From Candidatus Woesearchaeota archaeon (GTDB lineage: Archaea; Nanobdellota; Nanobdellia; Woesearchaeales; SKIA01): a DNA stretch of 64,000 nt. The stretch lies in the NCBI GenBank assembly GCA_046704725.1, contig JBJKRI010000005.1, positions 128,001 through 192,000 on the forward strand, given 5' to 3'. Both the position numbers and the translations under genes were made by a program. The notes under the pieces were generated by a model. It made no database searches. It was given only the letters and a program-made list of their open reading frames with translations, and was not told the origin of the DNA. Numbering within the stretch: position 1 is the stretch's first letter; every line of letters starts with the position of its first letter. Positions 29,143-37,684 of this stretch are shown here, one piece after another.

Positions 29143-29196
29143 CTACTGATTATTGCGGCCGCTGCGAGAAGGTCCGTGTGCAGTGGCCGGTGTCAT
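29143..29196 (-). CDS. Candidate 17-aa leader peptide upstream of asnS (MTPATAHGPSRSGRNNQ)
   Basis: TTTTTATA box at 29226-29219, GGAGGT at 29203-29198, tandem AAT AAT codons before CAG-TAG. Confidence 0.35.
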   Translation of the reverse strand: MTPATAHGPSRSGRNNQ

Positions 29197-29294
29197 AACC
29201 TCCCTGAAAGAGCGTTCCTATAAAAACCTCTCGGCTGTTGCAGCGGTGGACACGCGCGCGGCATCTTTATTAATCGTGGAGGCCTCCATCAGCC

Positions 29295-29447
29295 ATGCCC
29301 TCGAAGATGGTCAGGATTCCCCGAGACGAGTACCGCGCGCTCCTCGAAGAAGTGGGCATCCTGCGCAATGAAGAAATGATGCGCGCCATCACGGAGAGCG
29401 AGGAAGCGAAGAAGCGCGGTCAAGAGCCTCACGAGCTTCACCTGTAA
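29295..29447 (+). CDS. RelB/Phd-like antitoxin, 50 aa (not in ORF track)
   Basis: MPSKMVRIPRDEYRALLEEVGILRNEEMMRAITESEEAKKRG...; typical EY..L.E...IL......I.ES.....RG pattern; TTTATTAA box upstream. Confidence 0.8.
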   Translation: MPSKMVRIPRDEYRALLEEVGILRNEEMMRAITESEEAKKRGQEPHELHL

Positions 29448-29698
29448 GCCGTATTGTGCGATCCCGCGGCGACGACAATGATGCGCTGGTTCTCATCGTC
29501 GATCTCATAGACGAGACGGAGGCCCGGGCCCAGCACGCAACTCCACTTGCCCTGGAGCTTCCCCCGCAACGGATGCGCGCCCGAATTGGTCCGTGGATCC
29601 TTGCTGAGCGATGAGAGACGCTTCCGGACGCCTGGACGGTCAAGAACGGCGTAGAACTGCTTTTCAGCCCGTCGGCTCCTCGTCCAGAACGAATACAT
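29438..29698 (-). CDS. RelE/YoeB-family toxin
   Basis: RAEKQF, L.KDP, HPLRGKLQGKWS, LRLVYEID, IIVV..GSH...Y. Confidence 0.85.
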   Translation of the reverse strand: MYSFWTRSRRAEKQFYAVLDRPGVRKRLSSLSKDPRTNSGAHPLRGKLQGKWSCVLGPGLRLVYEIDDENQRIIVVAAGSHNTAYR

Positions 29699-29794
29699 GG
29701 AGCACGCATATCGGATGCGCTATCAACGCTTGCTCTTGTCCGTGTCCAGTGATCCTGCCGCACGCTTTATATGCACCGCCGTATCTCTGCGGGC

Positions 29795-31186
29795 ATGCTC
29801 AGGACGCACACCTGCGGGGAACTCCGCAAAAACGACGCCGGCAAGACCGTGACCCTGGCCGGCTGGGTCGAGACGTTGCGCATCAGCGGGAAGATCGGTT
29901 TTCTGCTCCTGCGCGATCGCTACGGCATCACCCAGTGCTTCTTGAACGCCACGCTGGCGGAGCAGCTCAAGGATGTCAGGAGAGAATCCGTCGTGCAGGT
30001 GACGGGCGAGGTCAAGGAGCGTCCGGACAAGCAGAAGAAGCCAGAGATGGCGACCGGCGACATCGAGCTGTCCGTGAAAGAAGCGAACGTGCTGAGTGCG
30101 GCAGACCCGCTCCCCCTGGAGCTCGATGAGAGCGTGGAGACCAGCGAGGACACGAGGCTCAAGTATCGCTACCTCGACCTGCGACGGCCGCCCATGCAAG
30201 ACATGATCGCGAAACGGGACGCGTTCATCCACGCGATACGAGAGCATCTGCACCAGCAGGGATTCCTCGAGGTATCGACGCCAGTATTGACGAAGAGCAC
30301 GCCAGAAGGCGCGAGGGACTTCCTCGTGCCGAGCAGGCTGCACCGAGGCAAGTTCTACGCGCTGCCGCAGAGCCCGCAGCAGTACAAGCAATTGCTCATG
30401 GTCGCCGGCGCGGACAAGTACTTCCAAATCGCGCCATGCTTCCGCGACGAGGACGCGCGGGCCGACAGGAGCCCCGGAGAGTTCTACCAGCTCGACCTGG
30501 AGATGAGCTTCCCCGAGCAAGAGGACGTCCTGCGATTGACAGAAGAATTGTTCACGAAGGTGGTGACGGAGGTCTTCCCCGACAAGCGACTCACGACGCC
30601 CTTCCCGCGGCTCACCTACAAACAGGCTATGGAGAAGTACGGTACGGACAAGCCGGACCTGCGAAAGGACAAGAATGACCCTGATGAAATGGCGTTCTGC
30701 TGGGTCGTGGACTTCCCCCTCTTCGAGCCCGAGCTCGAGGACGGACACTACGCGCCCATGCATCATATGTTTACCATGCCCCACGAGGACGACCTGCCAC
30801 TGCTGAAGAGCGACCCCGGGAAGGCGCGGAGCTACCAGCACGACCTCGTCCTCAACGGCTTCGAGGTCGGCGGGGGCAGCATCCGTATCCACGACGCGAA
30901 GATCCAGGAGAAGATCTTCGAGCTCATCGGTTTCTCCAAGGAACAGGAAGAGTATTTCGCGCACATGCTCGAGGCCTTCCGCTACGGCGTGCCACCGCAC
31001 GGCGGCATCGCGCCGGGCATCGACCGCATGCTCATGGTACTGATGGGCAAGAAGAGCATCCGCGAGGTCATCGCTTTCCCCAAGAACAAGGACGCGCGCG
31101 ACGTGATGATGGACGCTCCCTCGACGGTGGACAAGGGCCAGCTCGACGATCTGGGCATCGCGCTCAAGGACACGCATCACTCATGA
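29795..31186 (+). CDS. aspS: Bacterial-type aspartate--tRNA ligase lacking the GAD insertion
   Basis: MLRTHTCGELR, RLKYRYLDLRR, TPEGARDFLVPSR, LPQSPQ, FRDED.RADR, YGTDKPDLR joined directly to WVVDFP, PPHGGIA.G.DR. Confidence 0.95.
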   Translation: MLRTHTCGELRKNDAGKTVTLAGWVETLRISGKIGFLLLRDRYGITQCFLNATLAEQLKDVRRESVVQVTGEVKERPDKQKKPEMATGDIELSVKEANVLSAADPLPLELDESVETSEDTRLKYRYLDLRRPPMQDMIAKRDAFIHAIREHLHQQGFLEVSTPVLTKSTPEGARDFLVPSRLHRGKFYALPQSPQQYKQLLMVAGADKYFQIAPCFRDEDARADRSPGEFYQLDLEMSFPEQEDVLRLTEELFTKVVTEVFPDKRLTTPFPRLTYKQAMEKYGTDKPDLRKDKNDPDEMAFCWVVDFPLFEPELEDGHYAPMHHMFTMPHEDDLPLLKSDPGKARSYQHDLVLNGFEVGGGSIRIHDAKIQEKIFELIGFSKEQEEYFAHMLEAFRYGVPPHGGIAPGIDRMLMVLMGKKSIREVIAFPKNKDARDVMMDAPSTVDKGQLDDLGIALKDTHHS

Positions 31187-31902
31187 GGGACACGCACGAC
31201 TACAACGCCGACGTCTACGACGTGGCGTACGCACCCTACTTCCCGCCGGAGAAGACAGCCGCGGAGCTCGAACGCATGCGCTCCCTTCTCCCCGAGCATG
31301 GGCGCGTGCTCGACCTTGGCTGCGGCACGGGACGCCATCTTGTCCCGCTCGCAAAAGAAGGCTATCGCGTGACGGGTGTGGACTCCTCCGAGGGCATGCT
31401 CAAAGCGTGCAAGAGAAAGCTCGCCGAAGCAGGAGCGAAGGCAAGGCTCATCCATGGCGATGCCACCACGGCGGAGCTCGGGGGGCACTATGGCCTTGCT
31501 GTCATCATGTGGAACGCCTTTTGCGAACTCGCTCCCGATGAAGGGGCGGCGGTCGCTTTCCTGAGGCGCATCAATGATTCCCTCGCAGAGGACGGGATGT
31601 TGCTCATCCAGCAGCATGACCCTGATGTGTTCAGCGAGGGACAGGAATCGCACTATGACGTCGTGGACGGCGATACCCGGTACACCGTTTCCTGGTATGT
31701 CCGGGAAAAGCATGATAAGACGACAGTCTCTGAAGAACAGCTCACTATCCGCTCGCCCGACAGAGAAGAGAAGCGCGTCTCAGAATTGCGGCAGCGCTGG
31801 TACTCGCGAACGGAATACGCCGCGCTCTTATTGCAGGCAGGATTTCTGGACGTGCGTTTCGAGGGCGAAGACGAGTTTCTTATCATAGCGAAGGGGGCAT
31901 AG
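31183..31902 (+). CDS. Class I SAM-dependent methyltransferase
   Basis: VLDLGCGTGRH, VTGVDSS..ML, GDA. Confidence 0.9.
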   Translation: MRDTHDYNADVYDVAYAPYFPPEKTAAELERMRSLLPEHGRVLDLGCGTGRHLVPLAKEGYRVTGVDSSEGMLKACKRKLAEAGAKARLIHGDATTAELGGHYGLAVIMWNAFCELAPDEGAAVAFLRRINDSLAEDGMLLIQQHDPDVFSEGQESHYDVVDGDTRYTVSWYVREKHDKTTVSEEQLTIRSPDREEKRVSELRQRWYSRTEYAALLLQAGFLDVRFEGEDEFLIIAKGA

Positions 31903-31932
31903 CTTCTTAATCAGACGGCATACCCTCTCCCC

Positions 31933-32361
31933 ATGAGAACTATCGCGGCTGGAGCGCTCCTCGCGCTCGCTCTGGGATGCTCGTCCCCGAAAGTACCGGT
32001 GCGCATGCGCGTTCTTGAGACTTCGAGGAGCGAATGGGTCGTGCGGCTCACGGATGCGCACGCGGGATTCGCCTGTGAAGTCGACCTCGACCTGGCGCGT
32101 CGGGCAGCGGAGAAGGGGTTGCCCATGGAACGCTCGTTCATAGAAGGCGTCGCGTACGCGCAGGGAGGGAAGGAACTCGTCTGGTATCGACGCGGAAGCT
32201 CATTCTTCGATCAGTTAATAGACACCGCGGAATTGGGCGAACAATGCGTCAATCTCGCACGAGCGATGAAAAAGACCGTGGCTGGTATCCCTACCGGGGC
32301 ACAAGTGTATCGAGCAGTGTCCGATACGACAGTGGAAGTCCCTCGCTATCAGCACCCGTGA
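31933..32361 (+). CDS. Putative lipoprotein
   Basis: Signal peptide with lipobox-like ALGC. Confidence 0.6.
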   Translation: MRTIAAGALLALALGCSSPKVPVRMRVLETSRSEWVVRLTDAHAGFACEVDLDLARRAAEKGLPMERSFIEGVAYAQGGKELVWYRRGSSFFDQLIDTAELGEQCVNLARAMKKTVAGIPTGAQVYRAVSDTTVEVPRYQHP

Positions 32362-32364
32362 TGC

Positions 32365-32943
32365 CTACGGATACAGGTAGACGCGCTGCGTAGTGATCAC
32401 GTCTGGGGTGTTGAACTCCACGAGAGTCGGCGTGCCGATCTTCGGGATGAAGTTCAGGCGGATATGCGCGTCCTGTCCGACGGAGTACGGCAGGGCGAAA
32501 TCGACCTGGATGACATCTCCGCGCTGGAGGTTGCCGTCGATATGATTGGTCCCGTTGATGAGGTAGCTCACGCCGAACGTGCCTGTGGAATTGGTCGTGT
32601 TGAACGTCGTGCCGCCGCTATAGACAAGGGTCGTCGTGGAGTTGTCCGTATCCTCCGTGAGGGTGACCTGATCGAGCTTGATCGGCTCGGAACCGGGGCT
32701 GAGCTTCATCTGCATGCTCAGGTTCTCGAGGGTCTGGTCGGTGCCGTCCACACCGGATACTTCGATGACGCGGGCGTTCGTGGAGATCTCTCCCTTGGAC
32801 TGCTCTCCGGTGGAGAGTGCCTTCTGCTGGAGACTGCCCGCTGTCTGCAACAACACTCCGGCCGCGACAGCCGCCACGAGGAGCATCGCGATGAAGATAA
32901 TCAGTGTTCCGACGCCCATCTCGGCTTTCCGGTTGCTGTGCAT
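32365..32943 (-). CDS. flaB: Archaellin (flagellin)
   Basis: Class III signal peptide RKA|EMGVGTLIIFIAMLLVAAVAAGVL.QT...LQQKA..TG. Confidence 0.92.
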   Translation of the reverse strand: MHSNRKAEMGVGTLIIFIAMLLVAAVAAGVLLQTAGSLQQKALSTGEQSKGEISTNARVIEVSGVDGTDQTLENLSMQMKLSPGSEPIKLDQVTLTEDTDNSTTTLVYSGGTTFNTTNSTGTFGVSYLINGTNHIDGNLQRGDVIQVDFALPYSVGQDAHIRLNFIPKIGTPTLVEFNTPDVITTQRVYLYP

Positions 32944-33079
32944 GAGGCGTTTTCTCTAGTGCATCGTTTAAAAATATTTCGTATAGACCTTTGCGGCTTG
33001 CAGGGAGGCGATATGTGCCGTTCTTCCACCTGCACCCGCAATCCAATAGCGTTTTAAATGGTCATTTTTTGGCCTGGGG

Positions 33080-34447
33080 ATGGTCCGCGACTACACGACA
33101 GGCAACATGCTCCGCGCGATCGCAAGCCTGTCGGTGCCCATCGTTCTGGCGAACATGCTGCAGAGCGCCTACCAGATCGTGGACACCTTCTGGGTCGGTC
33201 GTCTGGGAGCGGACGCCGTGGCCGCGGTGTCACTGTCGTTCCCCGTCTTGTTCCTGTTCCTCAGCCTGGGAGCGGGTCTGGCGGTGGGCGGTTCGGTATT
33301 GGTCGCGCAATCCCTGGGGCGCAAGGACAAGAAGGGCGTCGAGCACTTCGCCACGCAAGCCACCATCTCCGTGCTCGCCGTATCGGTCGTCTTCGCGATC
33401 ATCGGGTATTTCCTGTCGGGCGCGGCGATGCGGCTGCTCGGGGCGTCAGCGGCGGTCTGGCCGCTCGCCACGCAATACCTGCAGATCAGCTTCATCGGCA
33501 TGCCCTTCCTCTTCGGCTACTTCATCTACATGAGCGTGACGCGCGGTGTTGGCGAAGTGCGTATCCCGCTCCTCATCGTGCTGTCCACCGTATTGCTGGA
33601 CCTCGTGCTCGATCCCTTGTTCATCTACGGCTGGTGGTTCATCCCGGCGTCGGGCGTCGCCGGGGCCGCGTGGGCGAGCGTTGGAACGCAGCTCGTGAGC
33701 ATGATCCTCGGATTCACCCTCTTGCTGCGGGGAACGCACGGCGTGCGGCTGCACTGGCGCGACGCGAAGCCGGACAAAGAGGCGCAGCAGCGCATACTCC
33801 AGATCGGGTTCCCGCAGAGCATCAACCAGAGCAGCCGGGCGGCCGGCCTGCTCATCATGGCAGGACTCGTCGCTGCCCTGGGGACCGAGGTCATCGCCGC
33901 GTACGGCATCGGCATCCGGATATTCAGCTTCATCATCATCCCCGCGGCCGGCATGGCCATCGCGACGCAGACCCTCGTAGGGCAGAACATCGGAGCGGGA
34001 AAACCCGACCGCGCGGAACAGGCCGTCAAGCTCTCCGGATGGATATCCGCATTGATCCTGACCGGCGTCGGCGCCCTGGTCTTCTTGTTCGCACGACCCT
34101 TGGCAGCGTTCTTCATCCCCAACGACGCGCAGGTCATCGCCATGAGCGCGCAGTTCCTGCGCATCATGTCCTGGTCGTTCGGCCTGTTCGCGGTGCAGTT
34201 CGCCATCGCCGGCGGCTTCCGCGGGACCGGCCACACGGTCAAGGCACTGGTCATCACGCTCATCAGCTTGTTCCTCGTGCAGATCCCCGTGGCGTACATC
34301 CTGTCCAATTTCACATCGCTCAAGGAGGTGGGATTCTGGATATCGATACCAGCGGCGAACGTGGTGGGAGCGGTCGTGGGCGTTCTCTGGTTCCGGACGG
34401 GATCGTGGCGCAAGCCCGCGAAGGGTTCCGTGGCAAGGCGTCAGTAG
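33080..34447 (+). CDS. MATE-family efflux transporter
   Basis: P...N.LQ..Y..VDT..VG.LG, RG.G....P, LDPLFI, GV.GAA.A, duplicated architecture. Confidence 0.93.
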   Translation: MVRDYTTGNMLRAIASLSVPIVLANMLQSAYQIVDTFWVGRLGADAVAAVSLSFPVLFLFLSLGAGLAVGGSVLVAQSLGRKDKKGVEHFATQATISVLAVSVVFAIIGYFLSGAAMRLLGASAAVWPLATQYLQISFIGMPFLFGYFIYMSVTRGVGEVRIPLLIVLSTVLLDLVLDPLFIYGWWFIPASGVAGAAWASVGTQLVSMILGFTLLLRGTHGVRLHWRDAKPDKEAQQRILQIGFPQSINQSSRAAGLLIMAGLVAALGTEVIAAYGIGIRIFSFIIIPAAGMAIATQTLVGQNIGAGKPDRAEQAVKLSGWISALILTGVGALVFLFARPLAAFFIPNDAQVIAMSAQFLRIMSWSFGLFAVQFAIAGGFRGTGHTVKALVITLISLFLVQIPVAYILSNFTSLKEVGFWISIPAANVVGAVVGVLWFRTGSWRKPAKGSVARRQ

Positions 34448-36159
34448 ATGTCGAGGGACCAGGCGCGCTCGAGGTACTCGTTCACCATGCGGTGCGTGTT
34501 GAAATAGCTCGCCAACGACAATGCGTGGACCATGTGCTCTTTCCAGCGGCCGGGATGGTCGTAGAAGACGCGGATGATGTGGCCGTACAACTCGTACAAT
34601 GATAATTGGTCCTGGCCGTCGTGGCGGTGGCGGATGGTCCAGCCCGCCTGCGGGTTCTTCGCGATGCCCTCGATCCACCAGCCGTCGAGCGTTGAGAGGT
34701 TGGGCACGCCGTTCGCGGCGGCCTTCATGCCTGACGTTCCAGACGCTTCCTGCGGCGGGACGGGATTGTTCTGCCAGAGGTCGCAGCCGGCGACCATCTT
34801 CTGGGCGATGGTCGTGTCGTAATCGTCGAGGAAGACGATGTCGACTTGTCCCTTGAGGCGCTCGGCGACGTCGCAGACGCGCTTGATGATGTCTTTTCCC
34901 TCCTGATCGGCGGGATGCGCCTCGCCCGCGAAGATGACCTGAAGCTTGCCTTTCGCGAGCTTGAGGAAGGCGTCGATATCGGCGAACATGAGGTCGGCGC
35001 GCTTGTAGGCGGCGAAACGCCTGGCGAAACCGATGGTGAGCAGGTCCTGTTTGAGCTCGCGGCCCGTGCGCTCCTTGACGAAATCCAAGAGCTCGGCCTT
35101 GGCCTTCTGGTGGGCGTCCCAGAGCTGGTCGGGATCGATGATGAGATAGCAATGGTCGAGGATGGACGGCTCATGACGCCAAGACGGCATCGTCTCGTCG
35201 AGCAACGCCTGCACGTGGGGCGACATCCAGGTGGGCAGGTGCACGCCGTTGGTGACCGAGTCGAAGCGATAGCCGGGGAACATGCGCCTGCTGACCTCCG
35301 CGTGGCGCTTGGCAACCCCGTTAGCGTATCTGCTCAGGTTCAATGCGAGGCGCGTCATGTTGCAATCCGGATGGCCGCCCAGGTCGAGGCTGCCCCAGGC
35401 GAAATCGTCCTTTCCGAGGACTTCGCGCATCATCTCGTAGGGGAATCGGTCGTGCCCGGCCGGGACGGGCGTGTGGGTGGTGAAGACGTGCGCGCTCTTG
35501 ACGAGCTTGTGGATCTGGGGGCGGTTGAACTTGTAGTAGCGCGAGAGGTAGAAGACATCCTCCATGGGGGCGAAGGCTCCGTGGCCCTCGTTCATGTGGA
35601 AGGTGTTTATCTTGCGGCAGCCGAGCTTGCGCAACACGCGCTTTCCTCCGATGCCGAGGATGGCCTCCTGCTTGAGGCGCCAGCGCAGGTCGCCGGCGAA
35701 GAGCCGGTCGGTGATGGGGCGGACTCGCGGGTCGTTCACGTCGAGGTGCGTGTCCAGGAACAATACGGGGACGAGGTGCTTGTCGCCGTGGCCCACGATG
35801 ATGCCGACGCGCGGCTCGACCCAGACAGTCCTTCCTTCGATGATGAGATTGATGCGCGCGTCGGGGATGGGAACGGTGTACTCGTCCACATCCCACGGCT
35901 CGGGATCCTCGGATTGGACGCCGTTGGTGAGCAGCTGGCGGAAAAAGCCGTCGCGATAGAGCAGGGTGAGGCCGGTGACGTTCAAGGAGAGGTCGGCGCA
36001 GCTACGGAGCAGGTCTCCGGCGAGGACTCCCAATCCACCGCTATAGGTGCGGATCACCGGCTCGAGCGCGATCTCCATGGACGCGTAGAAGGTCTCTGAG
36101 CCGCGGATGGTATCGAGGGCGTAGTCGATGCTGTCCGGCTTGAAGAAGGACTGTTCCAT
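34441..36159 (-). CDS. glgP: Alpha-glucan (glycogen/maltodextrin) phosphorylase
   Basis: YSGGLGVLAGD, HMNEGH, FTTHTPVPAGHD, TNGVH, FARRF..YKR, EASGTSGMK PLP site, LDGWW.EG; GAGGTGA SD. Confidence 0.96.
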   Translation of the reverse strand: MEQSFFKPDSIDYALDTIRGSETFYASMEIALEPVIRTYSGGLGVLAGDLLRSCADLSLNVTGLTLLYRDGFFRQLLTNGVQSEDPEPWDVDEYTVPIPDARINLIIEGRTVWVEPRVGIIVGHGDKHLVPVLFLDTHLDVNDPRVRPITDRLFAGDLRWRLKQEAILGIGGKRVLRKLGCRKINTFHMNEGHGAFAPMEDVFYLSRYYKFNRPQIHKLVKSAHVFTTHTPVPAGHDRFPYEMMREVLGKDDFAWGSLDLGGHPDCNMTRLALNLSRYANGVAKRHAEVSRRMFPGYRFDSVTNGVHLPTWMSPHVQALLDETMPSWRHEPSILDHCYLIIDPDQLWDAHQKAKAELLDFVKERTGRELKQDLLTIGFARRFAAYKRADLMFADIDAFLKLAKGKLQVIFAGEAHPADQEGKDIIKRVCDVAERLKGQVDIVFLDDYDTTIAQKMVAGCDLWQNNPVPPQEASGTSGMKAAANGVPNLSTLDGWWIEGIAKNPQAGWTIRHRHDGQDQLSLYELYGHIIRVFYDHPGRWKEHMVHALSLASYFNTHRMVNEYLERAWSLDIY

Positions 36160-36290
36160 GCTCACCTCTGCGTTCCGAGCGGGGCGTCCCCTTTAAGAGG
36201 TTTGTGCAGGTACTCCTAACGAGTGTTCTTGACGAATTTTTCAGAAAGCGTAAAAGGGATGCGCGCATGCAACGGTCGGGGTGATACTCG

Positions 36291-36362
36291 ATGGATGATG
36301 ATTGGTGGGACGAAGAATGGGAATACTTCGACGGCTACCTGCGGCTGAAGCAAGAGGCGTAA
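36291..36362 (+). CDS. Candidate 23-aa acidic/aromatic micro-protein (MDDDWWDEEWEYFDGYLRLKQEA)
   Basis: GGGGTGAT SD before ATG; strongly biased composition. Confidence 0.45.
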   Translation: MDDDWWDEEWEYFDGYLRLKQEA

Positions 36363-36433
36363 GCGCCCGCTGGGAATCGAACCCAGGAATGACCGCTCTG
36401 CAGGCGGTTGCCTTACCGCTTGGCTACGGACGC
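36362..36433 (-). tRNA. tRNA-Cys (GCA)
   Basis: Reverse complement GCGTCCG...ACCGC-CTGCAGA-GCGGT...GGTTCGATTCC-CAGCGGGCGCT. Confidence 0.95.
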
Positions 36434-36459
36434 GTCATTGCGGACGAGCGGCCGTCCGT

Positions 36460-36750
36460 TTAAATGGGTTTCTGCGCGTACGGACGGTCGGCGAAGAAAT
36501 CGAGCGTCCTGTACAACCGCCCGTCCGGATGGTCGTTCGCGTAGCCGCGCACCACACGATATAACGAGTGCGCGGCCAGGATACCAGTCCCGACCGCCAC
36601 CAGACCGACGAGATCCCGCGTGCTCTCCGGTCCGGGCGCGGTCGACCCGATCGCGGCACCCGCAGTCAACGCGGTGAGCTCGAGAGTGCGTCGGACTCCT
36701 CTCCAGTATGGGAGGTCTTTCAGGCGGGTCGCTGCGGGCTGTTTCTGCAC
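36460..36750 (-). CDS. Hypothetical membrane protein
   Basis: Two hydrophobic segments; TTTAAAAA box about 25 nt upstream. Confidence 0.5.
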   Translation of the reverse strand: MQKQPAATRLKDLPYWRGVRRTLELTALTAGAAIGSTAPGPESTRDLVGLVAVGTGILAAHSLYRVVRGYANDHPDGRLYRTLDFFADRPYAQKPI

Positions 36751-36785
36751 GGCCTGATAGGGTTTCGTGCCTTTTTAAATATGCG

Positions 36786-36890
36786 CTACAGGCAAGCCAC
36801 GCAGACGGCGACCCCGCCGAGCAAGGCGTACTCGTCGGCGCAGGTCACGCACATCTCGCGGCCGCAGCTCGCGCATTTTCCTTTTCGCAT
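36786..36890 (-). CDS. 34-aa Cys-rich zinc-binding micro-protein (not in ORF track)
   Basis: MRKGKCASCGREMCVTCADEYALLGGVAVCVACL: three CxxC pairs; shared upstream motif at 36944-36920. Confidence 0.7.
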   Translation of the reverse strand: MRKGKCASCGREMCVTCADEYALLGGVAVCVACL

Positions 36891-36919
36891 GCGATCCTTC
36901 TGTGCAAGGGGGAAGAAGA

Positions 36920-36944
36920 GCCTTACGCGCGTGGATGTCCGGTG
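36920..36944 (-). promoter_or_regulatory. Copy of shared upstream motif (CACCGGACATCCACGCGCGTAAGGC)
   Basis: Matches copies at 62472, 62941 and 63460; begins 54 nt before ATG 36890. Confidence 0.65.
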
Positions 36945-36974
36945 GACCACAAGAAGGGCACGATACGCTGGACG

Positions 36975-37373
36975 CTAGCCATGATTCTGCATCCTCGGGA
37001 AGGGTTGGAGCATGCTCAGGCGATTGCCCTCCGTGTCCTCGAAGCCGACGCTCAGGCCCACACCCGGAATCTCCGTCGGCTTTCCGCGCACCGTGCCGCC
37101 CGCTTTCTCGACGCGTTCCATCGCTTTTTTGATGTCCTCGACAGCGACGACCACCGCAGGAGCGTCGCCGGGACGCTTGGCATAGATGCCGCCGTTGATC
37201 GAGCCGGGCTTCTCGGGAAGCCCGTCCGCGCCAGGCTTGGAGGTCGTGACGATGACATAACTGCCCATGTCCTCGCCCAGCTGCTGGAGCCCCCACTCGA
37301 AGGCTTCACTGTAGAACGTCTTTGCGCGCGGGGTATCCTCCGCGGGAAGCTCGAAATGCACGACAGGGTCCAT
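36975..37373 (-). CDS. VOC/glyoxalase-family protein
   Basis: VVHFELPAED..RA..FY...F.W, INGG, V.DI......V..AGG, F.DTEGN. Confidence 0.92.
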   Translation of the reverse strand: MDPVVHFELPAEDTPRAKTFYSEAFEWGLQQLGEDMGSYVIVTTSKPGADGLPEKPGSINGGIYAKRPGDAPAVVVAVEDIKKAMERVEKAGGTVRGKPTEIPGVGLSVGFEDTEGNRLSMLQPFPRMQNHG

Positions 37374-37411
37374 CCGGGCGCTACGATGCGCGGGCATATA
37401 GGTGTTGTGCA

Positions 37412-37486
37412 TGACCCCGGAGGGATTTGAACCCTCGGCTTCCGGCTTAGAAGGCCAGCACTCTGTCCAGACTGAGTTACGGGGCC
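37412..37486 (-). tRNA. tRNA-Arg (TCT)
   Basis: Reverse complement GGCCCCG...CTGGC-CTTCTAA-GCCGG...GGTTCAAATCC-CTCCGGGGTCA. Confidence 0.95.
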
Positions 37487-37575
37487 GAGGGCAGAAGACG
37501 GTTTGGAGTATAAAAAGGATGCACCGGCTGTGCAGCGATCTACCCACAGGTTTAAATAGAACTTCCAGCAAAGTG

Positions 37576-37628
37576 TCTGATATTCAGATAGAGTGACGGA
37601 AATGCAGCAGGATAATCTGAATTTCAGA
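37576..37628. promoter_or_regulatory. Two palindromic operators TCTGA-N3-TCAGA (37576-37588 and 37616-37628)
   Basis: Identical inverted-repeat arms, 40 bp apart, downstream of TTTAAATA (37551) and upstream of the AbrB-type gene. Confidence 0.65.
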
Positions 37629-37684
37629 GTTGGTTGGGCGGATCCCCCGGCCGCCCAACCCCTCGCACTCCACAGGAGCGCACC

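Noticed and set aside
36362-37486. Integrated element at tRNA-Cys or tRNA-Arg (also tRNA-Asn at 27683)
   Set aside because: No integrase and no duplicated tRNA 3' end seen in the window.
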